A stretch of DNA of 64,000 nt. It comes from a virus. The translations under genes and the position numbers were made by a program. Shown here one piece after another: positions 61,663 through 64,000 of this stretch. The stretch covers positions 30,831 to 94,830 of IMG/VR virus record IMGVR_UViG_3300005529_000003; one strand, given 5' to 3'. Positions within the stretch are counted from its first letter, which is position 1; each line of letters begins with the position of its first letter. The notes beneath the pieces were generated by a model. It ran no database searches. It had not been told where the DNA came from and worked only from the letters and a program-made list of their open reading frames with translations.

Positions 61663-64000
61663 ATGACGGTTCGCTCCACACAATTCGCAAACTCTCGTTA
61701 CACTTACTCTCTTCCCTGGAGCGGCGAGAAGTTCCCCTCGTCAAAGACGAACCCGATCGCCTTCGATACAGAAACAGAAGTTGTTGATGTCGGAACTCCT
61801 AAAGCGGTACTTGCCACGATCTCAACAGGAACTAGAAGCGCTGTCCTCTCTCTTCAGCAACTTCCATCGTTCATCCAGCAGCACGCTGGTTCTTACTTGG
61901 TCGGACACAACTTCGCCTTCGATTTCTGGGTCGTCGAGCGATACCTTCGAGAGAGCGACCATCGAGAAGCTCTCGGTATCTGGTGGTCGCTCGTAGACCG
62001 CGGCCATGTGTTCGACACGATGGTCCTCGACATGCTCGTCCGCATCGCTCGCGGCGAAGGGGCGAAGGGCGGAGCAGAGGACGGCATCTGGGCTCGCAAC
62101 CTCGACGAAGTCGCTCAGAGCTACGCCAAGATCGCCGTCAACAAGGAAGACCCCTACCGAATGCGGTACGCCGAGATCCTCGGCAAGCCGTTCGAGGAAG
62201 TTACTGACGTCGGCTTCTTCGACTACGCCATCAAGGATGCGATCGCGACGGCCAGGACGTACAACGCGATGCGAGCCGTCGCCGACTCGCTTGTCAGGAC
62301 GCACGCCCTCTTCTACCCGCCAGAAAAGCGGGAATACCGCAGCGACGTCGTCGAGAAGTACGGTCTGCTCACCGAGACGCTCCAGGTCAAGGCGTCGGTC
62401 ACTTTGAAGTACATGGAAGATCGTGGTATTTGTGTTGACAACCAGAAAGTCGCGACACTCGACAAGACCTATCGTGATCACGTTGACGACGTCATCGAGT
62501 TCATGCGGTGTCGATGGCCCGATCTATTCAAGTACCAGAAGCCGAAGAAGGTCAAGCAACCGAAAGTCGAGAAAGTCAAACTGCCTCGAAAGAAGAAGGG
62601 CGACCCGCCGCGAGAAAAGCCGGCGAAGCCCGCCCCTCCGCCAATTCCTCCTCGCGAAGAACTCCCCCTGGAGTTGACGAAGAAGTCAGGCTTACCTTCC
62701 TTGAACTCGAAGTGGCTGAAGGAGTACTTGCAGCAGCTTGCTGACGAACTCGAGGTGGACGCCCCACAGTCAGACGGCAAGAAGAAGGGCATCTCCGCGA
62801 GCGTGAAGGCGTGGAGCGAGCTGGCGAAAGAGTACGGTGCATCTCACCCCTTCCTTCAAGCCTGGCCGCTTGTTGCAGAGTCCTCGAAGCTCCTCGGCTT
62901 CCTGTCGATCGCCGCCAAGGATAAAGTCCTCAGACCTCGCTACGGTCTCCTGAAGCTCACTGGACGTACAAGTTGTTACTCTCCGAACCTGCAACAATGG
63001 CCGAAACTAGCGGCGTTTCGTGAGATCTTCATCCCTCGTTCAGGCTTCAAACTGCTCACGATCGACTACAGCGCCATCGAGCTTTGCACACTCGCATCTG
63101 TGTGTCAAAAGAGGTTCGGTTATTCAAAGCTTGGCGAGTTGATTCGCAACAAGAAGGACCCGCACGCCTACACCGCCTCGATGATTCTCGGAGTGCCTCT
63201 CGAGGACTTTATGCTCCTGAAGAAGTCCGACGAGAAGTTCTTCAAGGCTAAGCGGCAAGCAGCGAAGGCACTAAACTTCGGTTGCCCTGGTGGCCTCGGT
63301 GCGTTGAAGCTATCTCTTTACGCCAAGGCGAACTACGGTGTCGATCTGACCGTCGAAGAAGCTCAGGCATTCCGAGAGAAGCTGATCAATCAGATCTACC
63401 CCGAGCTAAATGACAAGGACGGCTTTCTCGCCGATGAGTGCTGGACGAACATGGCTTTCTCGCTCGGCCTTTCAGAAGAGATCCTTCGCAAAGCTTTCGA
63501 CGCTGAAGATCCTGACAAGGGCTTCATCACCGGACGCGCTCTCGGCAAGGTGATTCGTGGCTCTCCTGTCAAGTTTGATGGGACGCCTTACAAGCCGGAG
63601 TTCGTCGAACGCATGTGGCACTCAATCATTTCTGTCTTCACTCTCTCCCCGAAGGTCAAGAGCGAAGACCTCGAGCAGTTGTTCGAGAAGAAGGGTTCGC
63701 CACAACTCTTCTACAAGTACTGTGCAGGCGTCGTCCCCACGCTCACTGGGCGTCTCAGGGGCGGCGTCGATTACACCCAGCAAAAGAACTGTCTCGATGC
63801 TGAAACTGAAGCGTTAACTCGTCGTGGTTGGGTAAAAGGTTTTGATCTTAAGATGGATGATCAGCTTCTTACCAAGAATGCAGATACAGGAGAACTGGAA
63901 TGGCAACATCCTACTGACTTAAAATTCTACCCAGACTACGAAGGTCCACTCGTAGAGTTTTCTTCCAAGTCTATGAGTGCTGTTTCAACTCCCGATCATC
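61663..64000 (+). CDS. polA: Family A DNA polymerase (3'-5' exo + pol), truncated by the window end
   Basis: Not in the ORF track; hand-translated AFDTET, GHNFAFD, TGRTSC..PNLQQ, IDYSAIEL (motif A), RQAAKALNFG (motif B). Confidence 0.95.
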   Translation, partial: MTVRSTQFANSRYTYSLPWSGEKFPSSKTNPIAFDTETEVVDVGTPKAVLATISTGTRSAVLSLQQLPSFIQQHAGSYLVGHNFAFDFWVVERYLRESDHREALGIWWSLVDRGHVFDTMVLDMLVRIARGEGAKGGAEDGIWARNLDEVAQSYAKIAVNKEDPYRMRYAEILGKPFEEVTDVGFFDYAIKDAIATARTYNAMRAVADSLVRTHALFYPPEKREYRSDVVEKYGLLTETLQVKASVTLKYMEDRGICVDNQKVATLDKTYRDHVDDVIEFMRCRWPDLFKYQKPKKVKQPKVEKVKLPRKKKGDPPREKPAKPAPPPIPPREELPLELTKKSGLPSLNSKWLKEYLQQLADELEVDAPQSDGKKKGISASVKAWSELAKEYGASHPFLQAWPLVAESSKLLGFLSIAAKDKVLRPRYGLLKLTGRTSCYSPNLQQWPKLAAFREIFIPRSGFKLLTIDYSAIELCTLASVCQKRFGYSKLGELIRNKKDPHAYTASMILGVPLEDFMLLKKSDEKFFKAKRQAAKALNFGCPGGLGALKLSLYAKANYGVDLTVEEAQAFREKLINQIYPELNDKDGFLADECWTNMAFSLGLSEEILRKAFDAEDPDKGFITGRALGKVIRGSPVKFDGTPYKPEFVERMWHSIISVFTLSPKVKSEDLEQLFEKKGSPQLFYKYCAGVVPTLTGRLRGGVDYTQQKNCLDAETEALTRRGWVKGFDLKMDDQLLTKNADTGELEWQHPTDLKFYPDYEGPLVEFSSKSMSAVSTPDH
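63790..64000 (+). mobile_element. Intein (N-terminal part) in the DNA polymerase
   Basis: In-frame YTQQKN|CLDAETEALTRRGW...STPDH (blocks A and B); abrupt shift to AT-rich codons. Confidence 0.9.

Larger units (their letters stand above)
1..64000. mobile_element. Temperate tailed phage genome segment (siphovirus-like), probably excised/free form; likely Planctomycetota host
   Basis: Portal-protease-capsid-neck-tail gene order, int/xis/repressor, phage replication genes; no host housekeeping block; phage genes flank the att core on both sides. Host is inferred from recalled family similarity only. Confidence 0.9.

Overview
The whole window reads as part of one temperate, probably long-tailed, dsDNA phage genome. 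It appears to be in its excised or free form, because phage genes lie on both sides of an attP-like site. The host is probably a planctomycete (Gemmataceae-like); this is inferred from recalled protein families, not from a search. Layout: (1) a leftward accessory arm (1-14 kb) with a P-loop kinase, a tRNA-like element, SSB, a 950-aa orphan, Zn-ribbon proteins, DUF4326, NADAR and a ~500-nt structured non-coding region; (2) a lysogeny module with an XRE repressor, a tyrosine integrase, attP carrying the 5' half of tRNA-Lys(UUU), and an excisionase; (3) a rightward virion module (20-45.4 kb) with portal, prohead protease, HK97 capsid, decoration and neck proteins, a glycosyltransferase, two tail-tube paralogs, a -1 frameshifted tail chaperone, an atypical tape measure, a tail fibre, and a protease-rich membrane module where lysis genes would be expected; (4) a second leftward arm (45.4-58.5 kb) with GP88-like, Prim-Pol, a dispersed Ycf46-AAA/DUF1257/DUF2997 module, a five-member orphan paralog family and a YqaJ exonuclease; (5) rightward RecT-like, SSB-like and intein-containing family-A DNA polymerase genes, the last running off the end. 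No terminase is visible. The most unusual signals are an antisense HNH-AP2 gene that carries a synonymously recoded replacement of the portal 5' end, a dispersed oriented 39-bp (17-5-17) dyad element, two long structured non-coding regions, and a split between SD-led and SD-less genes.
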